Assembly: GCA_028688415.1 (NCBI GenBank)
Contig: JAQTYF010000001.1
Coordinates: 464,627 to 528,626, forward strand
Reading direction: 5' to 3'
From: Candidatus Moraniibacteriota bacterium
GTDB lineage: Bacteria > Patescibacteriota > Minisyncoccia > Moranbacterales > UBA1568
DNA: 64,000 bases
Part shown: one piece after another, positions 1-9,709 of the stretch
How positions within the stretch are numbered: the stretch's first letter is position 1
Layout of the letters: each line of letters begins with the position of its first letter
Notes under the pieces: generated by a model
The model's input: the letters and a program-made list of their open reading frames with translations, nothing else
The model's database searches: none
Told to the model about the DNA's origin: nothing
Translations under genes and position numbers: made by a program

Positions 1-307
1 GAACTTCATCATAATTCCCGAACATGAGTTCGTAGATACCAAGACGGAGAATATTTCGATCGATAACCGTGATTTGATCAATAGGCCACTCTGGAGCACA
101 TTTTTCTATCAGTTTGTCGATAGTAGACCGTTCGAGAAGTGTCCCTTCCATCAAGTGTTCAGCAAAAATAGACTCTTCCATTCCAGGAGCGAACTCAGCG
201 ATGTTTCGTTTCAAAACCTCACGAGATTTGTCATCGTGCTTACCCTGAAAATCCCACTCGAAGAGGGATTGCATCGCGACTGATCTTTGAAGGTGCCTGT
301 TTGCCAT
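1..307 (-). CDS. nusB: Transcription antitermination factor NusB (3' part runs off the window)
   Basis: Manual translation from ATG at 307: MANRHLQRSVAMQSLFEWDF...APEWPIDQITVIDRNILRLGIYEL, which is the NusB signature; follows rpmF. Confidence 0.92.
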   Translation of the reverse strand, partial: MANRHLQRSVAMQSLFEWDFQGKHDDKSREVLKRNIAEFAPGMEESIFAEHLMEGTLLERSTIDKLIEKCAPEWPIDQITVIDRNILRLGIYELMFGNYDEV

Positions 308-373
308 TTTTATTGAAAAAGCTGAAGAAAATTCTTGCCTCTTTTCATTCAAAAAAGAAGGCCGCTCTTTTCC

Positions 374-586
374 TTAAGCAGCTTGTTTTGTTTTTTCGGA
401 TTTGAGTTTTGGAGCCATATCGATCATTTCTTTCCCCTTGTAGGTGCCACAAGTAGGGCAAACACGGTGAGAAAGCACACGAGCTTTGCATTTTGGGCAT
501 TCTTGGGTATTGATCAATTGGACATCATACTGCTTACGAGCACGGTCACGTCGATGATGGGTATGTCTCTGTTTTGGGTTTGCCAT
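374..586 (-). CDS. rpmF: 50S ribosomal protein L32
   Basis: MANPKQRHT..RRDR, zinc-ribbon CPKC...HRVCPTCGTYKG. Confidence 0.97.
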   Translation of the reverse strand: MANPKQRHTHHRRDRARKQYDVQLINTQECPKCKARVLSHRVCPTCGTYKGKEMIDMAPKLKSEKTKQAA

Positions 587-653
587 ATCAGTAGAAAATT
601 ATTAACATTCCCACTATAACATCCCTTTTCACTTTTGGCAAGAAGATGATAGA

Positions 654-796
654 CCAAATCACAAAACTCAATACACAAAAACCAAACAGAACACAAATTC
701 CAACGCTCAAAGCACAAATTCTCGTCTGCACACGTTTTGGTTCTGTGTTTTGAATATTTGTGCTTTGTTTGGTTTTTGTGCTTTAAAAATTGTGTT
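654..796. repeat. Inverted array of degenerate ~7-bp repeats (CACAAAA-type / TTTGTGC-type)
   Basis: Left arm caaatcacaaaactcaatacacaaaaaccaaac is complementary to right arm tttgtttggtttttgtgctttaaaaattgtgtttt. Confidence 0.7.
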
Positions 797-859
797 TTAT
801 CTCTTCTTCGGTTTGAGTACATTCGCGAATCGTTTATTCACATTTTCAGGAAAGACGAG
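797..859 (-). pseudogene. Duplicated 3' end of rnhB (LVFPENVNKRFANVLKPKKR*)
   Basis: Direct repeat of 2798-2860 with mostly synonymous changes. Confidence 0.9.
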
Positions 860-867
860 CTCATTCT

Positions 868-2751
868 TTATTCACCTTTTGGAGGAAAATGCTCTTTTAT
901 CTTTTGTACAAGATCAGGATGATAATGTTCTGCTTCTTTACTTCTCGTTTTCTGTTTTTCGAACCATTCTGGATTTGCAACTCGAAATTGTTCTACAAAT
1001 TTTTTGATAGATATATGACTTGAAGATATTTTACCCTGAAGACTTCTAGCGCTTTCCCATCCCTCCTTCTTTTGTGGAATAGATGTGAAATGTTCCATTA
1101 TTTTCTCCACTAATTCGGGATGATAATGTTCTGCTTCCATATTTCTATTTTTCTGTTTTTCGAACCATTCTGGATGTGCAACTCGAAATTGTTCTACAAA
1201 GATTGCGATAGGTTTATAATCTGAAGATATTTTATCACGAAGACCATTAGCGCTTTCCCATCCCTCCTTCTTTTGTGGAATAGATGTGAAATGTTCCATT
1301 ATTTTCTCCACTAATTCGGGATGATAATGTTCTGCTTCTTTTCCACTTGCTTTCTGTTTTTCGAACCATTCTGGATGTTCAACTCGAAATTGTTCTACAA
1401 AGATTGCGATAGGTTTATAACCTGAAGATGTTCTATTACAAAGACTGCTGGCGCTTTCCCATCCCTCCTTCTTTTGTAGAATAGATGTGAAATGTTCCAT
1501 TATTTTCTCCACTAATTCGGGATGATAATGTTCTGCTTCTTTAGAGTTCGTTTTCTGTTTTTCGAACCATTCTGGATGTTCAACTCGAAATTGTTCTGCA
1601 AATGTTTTGATAACATAGAAATCTGCGATCTTTCTGTTGTGGAAACTCCCCGCGCTTTCCCATCCTTCTTTCTTTTGTGGAACAGATGTGAAATGTTCCA
1701 TTATTTTCTGCACCAAATCAGGATGATAATGTTCTGCTTCTTTGCCTCTCGCTTTCTGTTTTTCGAACCATTCCGGATGCTCAACTCGAAATTGTTCTAC
1801 GAATGCCATGATAGATTTATAATAATCTGAAGATATTTTTCCCCTAAGACCACTGGCACTTTCCCATCCCGCCTTTTTCCGAGGCACCTCAACTCGTGGC
1901 ACAAAATCAGATTGAGGAATATTTACTGTAGTTTGTTTTTCTCCTTCATCTTTACTATTTACCTCTGCAAAAAACTCCTCTGTAAGATAAGCAACCATCT
2001 TCTTCCTCCAAAGAGGACTCTGGATGAGTCGTCTGCCTGCTTCTGGAGTCTCTTTGATCAAATCATTGAATGCATTTTTGTTTCGAACATCAAGTTGTTC
2101 AATCGGAACAGCAAGAACTTCTGTATCAAGGATATATGAAGCATTTCCTTCTTCTTCACAAAGATAGACGACTCTATTCAAAGACTCTATCAAGACTCTG
2201 TAGTAGGGGTGCTGTCGCATCATTTCATCTGTTGTGGTTCCTTCTGTAATACGGATAGATGTTTCTTCTCCTTCTTGTGAAAGAGTGTAACCAAGGTCAT
2301 TTTCGAGTATATAGAGGAGGGTAAGAAGACGTGGTATGAGTTTTTTTCGTTCCACTCCAGCACCTGATCCAGAAATAATGCCGCCTTTTCCTTCTTGAGG
2401 AGGAAGAATGACTGTGTCTCTCATCTCTGTCTGTGAAACAATGAGGTTCCGTAGCTGTGTCATAGTTTGCTCTCTTTCTGAGACAGCCTGAAGGGTTTCT
2501 GTGACATCGGGGATGTTCATTGCTTGTAGAGCTCTGTTTTCCACTTCTGCATCTACAAGAGGAATGACACTCTGTGTTTTTTTGTATTCAGTCACTGCTT
2601 TTTCAATCAATACTACAAGCTCATTTAATGTAGTATCAAAAAATGTCTGGACATTCTCAGGAGAAACTGAAGTGCTCAGTATTTTTTGATAGATTTTTTG
2701 GAGTTCTACTTTCAACTGTTCTTTGGGTGGTTGGAATTCGAATGAGGGCAT
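868..2751 (-). CDS. Hypothetical protein with five C-terminal ~67-aa tandem repeats
   Basis: 651-aa ORF (868-2823); likely start MPSFEF at 2751, which avoids overlap with rnhB. Confidence 0.85.
   Translation of the reverse strand: MPSFEFQPPKEQLKVELQKIYQKILSTSVSPENVQTFFDTTLNELVVLIEKAVTEYKKTQSVIPLVDAEVENRALQAMNIPDVTETLQAVSEREQTMTQLRNLIVSQTEMRDTVILPPQEGKGGIISGSGAGVERKKLIPRLLTLLYILENDLGYTLSQEGEETSIRITEGTTTDEMMRQHPYYRVLIESLNRVVYLCEEEGNASYILDTEVLAVPIEQLDVRNKNAFNDLIKETPEAGRRLIQSPLWRKKMVAYLTEEFFAEVNSKDEGEKQTTVNIPQSDFVPRVEVPRKKAGWESASGLRGKISSDYYKSIMAFVEQFRVEHPEWFEKQKARGKEAEHYHPDLVQKIMEHFTSVPQKKEGWESAGSFHNRKIADFYVIKTFAEQFRVEHPEWFEKQKTNSKEAEHYHPELVEKIMEHFTSILQKKEGWESASSLCNRTSSGYKPIAIFVEQFRVEHPEWFEKQKASGKEAEHYHPELVEKIMEHFTSIPQKKEGWESANGLRDKISSDYKPIAIFVEQFRVAHPEWFEKQKNRNMEAEHYHPELVEKIMEHFTSIPQKKEGWESARSLQGKISSSHISIKKFVEQFRVANPEWFEKQKTRSKEAEHYHPDLVQKIKEHFPPKGE
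880..1884 (-). repeat. Coding tandem repeat, ~201-bp unit x5
   Basis: gctttcccatcc recurs at 1051 and 1252 (201-bp period); unit PQKKEGWESA...FVEQFRVEHPEWFEKQK....EAEHYHPELVEKIMEHFTSI. Confidence 0.95.
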
Positions 2752-2797
2752 AACGGATAGAAAGATATTATTAAGTTTATCATAACACAGAAAATCT

Positions 2798-3514
2798 TTA
2801 CCGTTTTTTTGGCTTGAGTACATTCGCGAATCGTTTGTTCACATTCTCAGGAAGAGCGAGAAGGACGGGGCGGAATGACATTCGATGGATAGGACACGGG
2901 CCGAGATGACGCAGGGCATCCATATGGACTTTCGTCCCATAGCCTTTGTGCTGTGCGAATCCATACCCCGGATATTCCTTGTCCGCTGTTTCGATGATGC
3001 GATCACGAGTCACTTTCGCGATGATAGATGCGGCAGCAATCGATTTCACAATACCATCCCCTCCTACCACCGCTTCTTGTGACGATGAATAACTCGGAAT
3101 AAGCTGATTACCATCAACCAAAAGATGAGTGTTTCCTACTGATTCACGAGGGAGTTGTTTCGTCAGTTGTGACACAGCGCTTTTCATCGCGAGAAATGTG
3201 GCCTGGAGAATATTCACTCGATCAATCGTTTCGGCACTGACGATGCCGACACCGACGTAAAAATATTCATGGATAAAATCAAAAAGTTCTTCCCGTTTTT
3301 TCTCAGAAAGCTTCTTGGAATCACGGATGAGTGCAAACGTTTTGGCGAGTTCCTCTGGAATCTGGAAAGAGAGGTCTCGATAGCACACTGCCCCCGCGAC
3401 GACTGGTCCTGCGAGCGGGCCCCTCCCTGCTTCATCGATGCCAATGACAAACAAGGGTGGCTGTCCATCCCCTCGTATCAGACTCTGTTCTTTATCAAAC
3501 GTTGTTTCAAACAT
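2798..3514 (-). CDS. rnhB: Ribonuclease HII
   Basis: GIDEAGRGPLAGPVV, DSKKL, AASIIAKVTRD, HKGYGT motifs. Confidence 0.97.
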   Translation of the reverse strand: MFETTFDKEQSLIRGDGQPPLFVIGIDEAGRGPLAGPVVAGAVCYRDLSFQIPEELAKTFALIRDSKKLSEKKREELFDFIHEYFYVGVGIVSAETIDRVNILQATFLAMKSAVSQLTKQLPRESVGNTHLLVDGNQLIPSYSSSQEAVVGGDGIVKSIAAASIIAKVTRDRIIETADKEYPGYGFAQHKGYGTKVHMDALRHLGPCPIHRMSFRPVLLALPENVNKRFANVLKPKKR

Positions 3515-3863
3515 ACGTCAAGTATACCGTACATCGCAGAAACTCTCAAAAGTATCTCTCTTACACTAATAGAGTGATCCATCAAAAGAATTTTCTCAGC
3601 ATCCTTTCCACACTGACTGAGCAAGAGCTCTCAGATCGAAAAAAGAAGTTATGATTGTGTCGATTGGGGACTGCTTTTTTCGTAATACTGAGAGCTCTTG
3701 TGAGAGGTGGAACGATGATGAAAAATTGGCTTTTGATGGATCAATACCTATGAGATAATAAGGTTTCACTTTTTTCTCGAGAGATGGTATACTTTTCTTA
3801 CAATAAATTTCTCTGCAAAACCCATGGAGTTCCTCCGGGCTATGAGAGAACTGAAAGCAATGT

Positions 3864-4030
3864 CTAATACCCAATACCTAATATCTAATAACTTGCCCCG
3901 CTCTTTTTATTGCGTGGTTTTTTAATTTTCAATTTCCCCTTTTAAACGAAGTTTTTGAATTAAAAAAAATTTGATATTGAGATATTGATTAGATATTAGA
4001 AATTAGAAATTAATAATTAGAAATTAAATT
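3864..4030. repeat. Inverted heptamer-repeat element (CTAATA(C/T) / TTAGAAA arrays) upstream of dnaE
   Basis: ctaatacccaatacctaatatctaata ... gatattgagatattgattagatattagaaattagaaatt. Confidence 0.65.
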
Positions 4031-4033
4031 GCT

Positions 4034-7000
4034 ATGCAATTTACTCATCTCCACGTTCACTCACACTATAGCCTCCTCACGGCACTCCCGAAGCTCGAGG
4101 AACTTTTGGCGCAGGCCAAAGAATACGGCATGACATCACTCGCACTTACCGACACCTCTGCTCTCTATGGTGCCGTCGAGTTCTACATGAAGGCCAAGGA
4201 AGTCGGCATCAAACCAATTTTTGGTGCAGAAATATTCGTTTGTGAGAATCTCGAAAGCAAAAACAATACAGCAGAGGATCGTCGTCGTCATCAGCTCGTA
4301 CTCCTCGTCAAGAATGAAGCTGGCTACAAGAATTTAATGAAAATCATTTCGATTGCTCAGCTCGATGGATTCTACTACAAGGCCAGAGCTGACAAAAAAC
4401 TCCTGAGACAATATCACGAGGGACTTATCGCACTCTCAGGATCACTCCAGGGAGAAGTCCCTTCGGAAGTCATCTACGGCAATCAAGAACGAGCCAAGAT
4501 GGCTGCTCTCGAATATCAGGACATATTTGGCACAGGAAATTTCTATCTCGAACTCGGACCAAATTTCGAGTATGAGAATCAGATGATTGCCAACCAAGGA
4601 CTCATCCAAATCAATCGTGAAACAGGCATTCCAATAGTTGCCGCCTCGGATGTACACTACGTCAAGAAAGAACACGCAGAAATACAAGACATTCTCCTTT
4701 GTATCCGAGACAACAAAAAAGTGACTGACAAAGAACGTTTCAGTATGATGTCGCTCGATCTCTCGATGCGCTCGGAAGAAGAAATGACTCAGATTTTCCG
4801 AGACTTTCCAGAAGCTATTACCAATACACAAGTCATCGCCGATGCTTGTGATTTCACCATTCATCTCGGAGAAAATCACCTCCCATCATTCCCTCTCCCA
4901 GAAGGTGAGACGGCAGATACATTCTTACGTAAACTCTGTGAAATAGGACTGACGAAACGTTATGAGAGACAAACCATCACCGAAGAACAAAAAAGTCGTA
5001 TGGACTATGAGCTCGGTGTTATCGAAAAAACAGGATTTGCATCTTACTTCCTCATCGTGCAAGATTTCGTCAACTGGGCAAAGGAAAATGGCGTCGTCGT
5101 CGGTCCCGGACGTGGATCGGCAGCAGGGAGCTTTGTCGCCTATCTCACAGGCATCACCGATCTTGATCCGATCAAGTATGTCCTCCTCTTCGAACGATTT
5201 TTGAACCCTGAACGTATTTCAATGCCAGATATCGATATGGACTTTGCAGATACTCGCCGTGATGATGTGCTCAATTATGTTCGTGAGAAATATGGCAATG
5301 ATCACGTCGCACAGATCATCACGTTTGGGACGATGGCAGCACGCGCTGCGATACGCGATGTCGGTCGTGCTCTCGGATTTGCCTATGACATTTGCGACAA
5401 AACTTCCAAGATGATTCCGATGTTTACTTCTATCACCAAAGCTCTTGCTGAAGTGCCAGAATTCAAAAAATGGTATGCAGAGAATGCTGATGCGAAAAAA
5501 CTAATCGACGCTGCTATGAAAGTCGAAGGTCTCGTACGTCATGCTTCGATGCACGCGTGTGGTGTCGTGATTACGAAAGACCCTGTCACAGAATACACTC
5601 CCCTCCAACGTGTATCCGGTACTCGTGTTGGTGTTGTGACGCAATATGCCAACTCGACCAAATGCGCTGCTGTCGAAAAAATTGGTTTGCTCAAGATGGA
5701 CTTTCTCGGACTCAAAAACCTCACCATTATCCAGAATGCTCTTCGTATCATCGAAAAAACACGAAACGAAGTGATCGACATCGAAAAAATTCCTATCGAT
5801 GATGCACTCACATTCAAACTCCTTCAAGAAGCACACACAACTGGTGTTTTTCAGTTGGAAAGTTCTGGGATGAAACGGTATCTCAAACAACTCAAACCGA
5901 CCATCTTCGAAGATATCATCGCAATGGTCGCCCTCTATCGTCCAGGTCCGATGGACTATATACCTGACTTCATCGGTGGCAAACATGGAACAAAGAAAAT
6001 CGAATACCTCCATCCCTCACTCGAACCGATTCTCCAAAACACATACGGTGTCGCTGTATATCAGGAACAGCTGATGCAGATCGCTCGTGAATTGGCTGGA
6101 TTCAGTTATGGTGAAGCTGACGTGCTCCGTAAAGCGGTCGGCAAAAAAATTCTCGCTCTCGTCGTCGAGCAACGAGAAAAATTCATCGATGGTTGTATCA
6201 AAAATGGAGTGCAGAAAAAAGTAGCAGAAAAAGTTTTCTCATTCATCGAGCCATTTGCTGGATACGGATTCAACCGTTCTCACGCCGCCTGTTATGCTCT
6301 CATCGGATACCAGACTGCTTATCTCAAAGCGCATTATCCAGCAGAATTCATGGCAGCGCTTCTCACTTCTGATCAGGACAACATCGAACGTATCGCCATC
6401 GAAGTACGTGAAGCCAAAGAAATCGGTATCGAAGTACTCGCTCCTCATATCAATGAAAGTTTCGGTGAATTTGCTGTAGTGGCCACCAAAGACACCACTA
6501 CCAAACGTGTCCGATTTGGACTCAATGCTATCAAAAACGTCGGGACGGTCGTTGCTGAAGAAATCGTACTCGAACGCAAACGGAACGGAAAATATATTTC
6601 GCTCGAGAATTTTGTCGAACGAGTGAAAACCAAAGATCTCAATAAAAAATCTCTCGAGGCACTCATCAAAGTCGGTGCGCTCGAAGGTTTTGGTGAGAAA
6701 AATCAACTCCTCGAGAGTATTGACGCTATCTTGCAATATGGGAAAAATCTCAAAACGATTGCTGAAACACATTCAAGCAGTCTCTTCGGAGAGATGACCA
6801 TGGAAACAAGTAAAATAAAATTGATTCCAGCTCTCATCGCTACCAAAAAAATGACGCTTGGATGGGAAAAGGAACTCCTCGGTCTCTATGTAAGCGATCA
6901 TCCCGTGAGTGAATATCGATCCTATTTCAACAAAACAACCGTATCGATACACGACCTCGAGAAACAACCCGATGACAGTCGTGTCCGTATCGGAGGAGTC

Positions 7001-7507
7001 ATCACTGATATCCGAAAAATTCTTACCAAGAAACAGAACACGATGTATTTTATCGGTCTTGAAGACATGACAGGACGCGTCGAAATCCTCGTCTTTGGGA
7101 AAACAGCCGAACGTACAGGAGATTCTTGGATAGACGGAGAGGTTGTGATCGTCGATGCTCGCATATCACAACAGGATGGTGCACTTCGTTGTATCGCCGA
7201 AGGTGTCGAAAAAATATCTGAAAGTACCCTCACTCAATTTGCCCGTGCTGAAGCTACACGAGCCAAAAGTACAACGAGAAAATCATCAGTAGAAGAAGGA
7301 AATCGCATTCTCATTACTATCAAAAAAGATGCTCCAGAAAAAATTATCGAGCATCTCTCCCAATGTCTCAAGACCATTCCAGCAGGTTCACAGAAAGTAG
7401 CCGTCAAAATTCAAAATGCTGTTATCGAAACAACATTTTCCATCGCTCCTACAAAAGAACATCTCATACAGTTACAAAATCTCGATGGTGTCGAATCTCT
7501 TTCGTAG
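4034..7507 (+). CDS. dnaE: DNA polymerase III alpha subunit
   Basis: PHP HLHVHSHYS, GPGRGSAAGS, MPDIDMDF, YGFNRSH, OB fold. Confidence 0.98.
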   Translation: MQFTHLHVHSHYSLLTALPKLEELLAQAKEYGMTSLALTDTSALYGAVEFYMKAKEVGIKPIFGAEIFVCENLESKNNTAEDRRRHQLVLLVKNEAGYKNLMKIISIAQLDGFYYKARADKKLLRQYHEGLIALSGSLQGEVPSEVIYGNQERAKMAALEYQDIFGTGNFYLELGPNFEYENQMIANQGLIQINRETGIPIVAASDVHYVKKEHAEIQDILLCIRDNKKVTDKERFSMMSLDLSMRSEEEMTQIFRDFPEAITNTQVIADACDFTIHLGENHLPSFPLPEGETADTFLRKLCEIGLTKRYERQTITEEQKSRMDYELGVIEKTGFASYFLIVQDFVNWAKENGVVVGPGRGSAAGSFVAYLTGITDLDPIKYVLLFERFLNPERISMPDIDMDFADTRRDDVLNYVREKYGNDHVAQIITFGTMAARAAIRDVGRALGFAYDICDKTSKMIPMFTSITKALAEVPEFKKWYAENADAKKLIDAAMKVEGLVRHASMHACGVVITKDPVTEYTPLQRVSGTRVGVVTQYANSTKCAAVEKIGLLKMDFLGLKNLTIIQNALRIIEKTRNEVIDIEKIPIDDALTFKLLQEAHTTGVFQLESSGMKRYLKQLKPTIFEDIIAMVALYRPGPMDYIPDFIGGKHGTKKIEYLHPSLEPILQNTYGVAVYQEQLMQIARELAGFSYGEADVLRKAVGKKILALVVEQREKFIDGCIKNGVQKKVAEKVFSFIEPFAGYGFNRSHAACYALIGYQTAYLKAHYPAEFMAALLTSDQDNIERIAIEVREAKEIGIEVLAPHINESFGEFAVVATKDTTTKRVRFGLNAIKNVGTVVAEEIVLERKRNGKYISLENFVERVKTKDLNKKSLEALIKVGALEGFGEKNQLLESIDAILQYGKNLKTIAETHSSSLFGEMTMETSKIKLIPALIATKKMTLGWEKELLGLYVSDHPVSEYRSYFNKTTVSIHDLEKQPDDSRVRIGGVITDIRKILTKKQNTMYFIGLEDMTGRVEILVFGKTAERTGDSWIDGEVVIVDARISQQDGALRCIAEGVEKISESTLTQFARAEATRAKSTTRKSSVEEGNRILITIKKDAPEKIIEHLSQCLKTIPAGSQKVAVKIQNAVIETTFSIAPTKEHLIQLQNLDGVESLS

Positions 7508-7585
7508 TCACTTGACCTTTTGTACGAAAAACGCTATAAAAAGGTATTCTTTAACAACTTTCCACATTCTACAAGGAGCATTATC

Positions 7586-8308
7586 ATGAATAATGAACGA
7601 CCTCTCATGGCTATGACTCTGAGATCGAGACATCAGGTGCCTCGTTGGTATTCTCTCGCCTCAATTCACAATCCACATGGACTGGAACTTTTTGTTCACT
7701 TCGAGACATGGCAAAGAATGCTTTCTTTTTGTGAGACAGAAATACAACCAAAAAACTTTCAAGTAAAAACGAAGGGGTACGATCTGGTCAATGTCAAATT
7801 TCCTTTCCCTGCTGATTGGTCAGGAGATGATTGCAAATCACTTCAAAAAACTCTCTCTGTCTTATTTGGTGCGTTGGACTCTGTAAGAAAAGATACTCAA
7901 TCGGACAAGTTTCAGCTTGTCACTTACGGAATCATGCGGTCAGTCAACGAATTGAAGGGATATGTACTCGATGCCTATATTTCGTATGAAATGAAATGTC
8001 TCCTCGCAAATAATAGGGACAAGGCAAGTGAGATCGCAACTGAGGCCATGAGAAAAGCCGTACGACGTCTCCATCATCCAGTAAGGCCGGAAGAATTCAA
8101 AGCCTTCGTTGATCAAGAAGGGTTTTTATGTTTATATGTCTCTGATGGTGGTGGAACTTTCTTGGGTGCGGACTACAGAGACAGAGAGCTCTCTTCCGAC
8201 AGACCTGTCGGGTATAGCATGACAGGAGACAATATTGATTCTCCTTCTTCTCAACTCATTTTCCTCTCCGCCCTCGCTGCCATCTCTGCCTGGGGTGATG
8301 AACAATAA
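7586..8308 (+). CDS. Hypothetical protein
   Basis: Long ORF; AAGGAG RBS upstream of ATG 7586; no recognised motif. Confidence 0.7.
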   Translation: MNNERPLMAMTLRSRHQVPRWYSLASIHNPHGLELFVHFETWQRMLSFCETEIQPKNFQVKTKGYDLVNVKFPFPADWSGDDCKSLQKTLSVLFGALDSVRKDTQSDKFQLVTYGIMRSVNELKGYVLDAYISYEMKCLLANNRDKASEIATEAMRKAVRRLHHPVRPEEFKAFVDQEGFLCLYVSDGGGTFLGADYRDRELSSDRPVGYSMTGDNIDSPSSQLIFLSALAAISAWGDEQ

Positions 8309-8385
8309 TCGGTCGAAAAAACTTTGAGAGTCTGACCAACTCTCTTTTTCTTTGCCAAAAATGAAAACTGTGACATACTATCTGG

Positions 8386-9411
8386 ATGAAAAAAATGTAT
8401 GATAAAACTATTGTGATCGTCGGACCGACGGCTTCTGGGAAGTCGGATTTGGCTATTGCTCTGGCAAAAAAATATAATGGCGAAATCATCTCCGCCGATA
8501 GTCGCCAAGTCTACCGTGGAATGGATATCGGAACGGGAAAAGTGATCCGTGACAAAGTCGTGAATCATTCTGAGCTTGTCGAAGGGTCTTCAAAAAAAGA
8601 AGTGTTCTTTTCAGAGGGAATTATTCATCATCTCCTCGATGTGGCCAGTCCTAAGAGGACATACAATGTCACCCACTTCGTCCGTGATACGAAGAAAATT
8701 ATCATTGATATTCGTAACCGAGAAAAGATACCTATTATTTGTGGTGGGACAGGATTCTGGGTGCAATCATTCATCGATGGCACTCTCTTCCCGGTCGTCA
8801 AACCAAACACACTGTTACGGAAAAAACTCAGCAAACTTTCCGCGGAAGAACTCTTTCTCTTACTCCAAAAAAAGGATCCAAGCCGGGCACAAAATATTGA
8901 TGCAAAAAATAAAGTCCGTCTCATTCGCGCTCTCGAAATCTGTGATGCTCTCGGGACAGTCCCTACTCTTCGTTGTCTTCCCCGACTTGATCGGGGATCC
9001 ATGGATTCCCGTCTTCCTGCCCGAATCGCTACGCGAATCGTTGCGGGCGGGCACGGGAATGACACAGTGATTATTGCTCTCTGTCCACCACAAGAAACAC
9101 TTCATAAAAATATCGAGGCTCGTCTCGAAAAAAGACTCGCACAGGGTATGATTGCCGAGATAGAAACACTCCGCGCAAACGGTATCAGCTGGAAGCGACT
9201 TGAAAGTTTTGGACTCGAGTACAAATATGTCGCACTTTTTCTCCAAAAGAAAATCGCCCTAGAAAAAATGAAAGAGCGTCTCAATTTTGAAATCAGACAC
9301 TATGCAAAACGTCAGATCACTTGGCTCAGGCGATGGGAGAAGATGGGTGCCACCATTCACTGGGTCACCAAGCCGAAAGAAGTTACTGAAATTCTTAAAA
9401 AAAACACATAA
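8386..9411 (+). CDS. miaA: tRNA dimethylallyltransferase with two in-frame repeat insertions
   Basis: GPTASGKS, ISADSRQVYRGMDIGTGK, GGTGF, YAKRQITW. Confidence 0.96.
   Translation: MKKMYDKTIVIVGPTASGKSDLAIALAKKYNGEIISADSRQVYRGMDIGTGKVIRDKVVNHSELVEGSSKKEVFFSEGIIHHLLDVASPKRTYNVTHFVRDTKKIIIDIRNREKIPIICGGTGFWVQSFIDGTLFPVVKPNTLLRKKLSKLSAEELFLLLQKKDPSRAQNIDAKNKVRLIRALEICDALGTVPTLRCLPRLDRGSMDSRLPARIATRIVAGGHGNDTVIIALCPPQETLHKNIEARLEKRLAQGMIAEIETLRANGISWKRLESFGLEYKYVALFLQKKIALEKMKERLNFEIRHYAKRQITWLRRWEKMGATIHWVTKPKEVTEILKKNT
8565..8586 (+). repeat. REP-like palindromic fragment in frame in miaA (encodes HSELVEG)
   Basis: tcattctgagcttgtcgaaggg lies in a loop where MiaA normally has a short linker. 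Confidence 0.55.
8974..9064 (+). repeat. RPE/dRS3-like palindromic element with a nested 36-bp CCTG..CGGG element (9016-9051), in frame in miaA
   Basis: tgtc-ttccccgacttgatcgggga-tccatgga-ttcccgtctt[cctgcccgaatcgctacgcgaatcgttgcgggcggg]cacgggaa-tgaca. Confidence 0.85.
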
Positions 9412-9616
9412 AACGTTCAGATACTTTTCTCAAAGTATCACTCACATTTTTTCACAAGAATTTTTCTGGAGGAATTGGAGGGTTTTCGAGCATGGTTCCG
9501 GTCGTTTCGACCGGATCGAAAAAACTCCATTAAGAGAAGTCCGTCGCTGGACGGACGGAATGACCTCCAGGAAGATTGCTTGTGATAGAAATGTATTACT
9601 TACAAATAGAAAAATC

Positions 9617-9699
9617 AAAAAAGTCTAAAAAGTTTTTAGATGATCCTTGTTAAAGCAGTTTTAACAAATGGCTCCCTAAAAAACTTTTTAGACTTTTTT
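9617..9699. repeat. Long intergenic hairpin (family shared with 12559-12639)
   Basis: aaaaaagtctaaaaagtttttag ... ctaaaaaactttttagactttttt. Confidence 0.75.
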
Positions 9700-9709
9700 C
9701 TTCTTCGGA

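Noticed and set aside
880-1884. Tandem repeats as a CRISPR array
   Set aside because: The 201-bp in-frame coding units have no short repeat/unique spacer pattern, and there are no cas genes.
4442-7233. Many 60-250 aa antisense or alternate-frame ORFs over dnaE and other core genes
   Set aside because: They are shadow ORFs with no motifs, fully overlapping confident genes.
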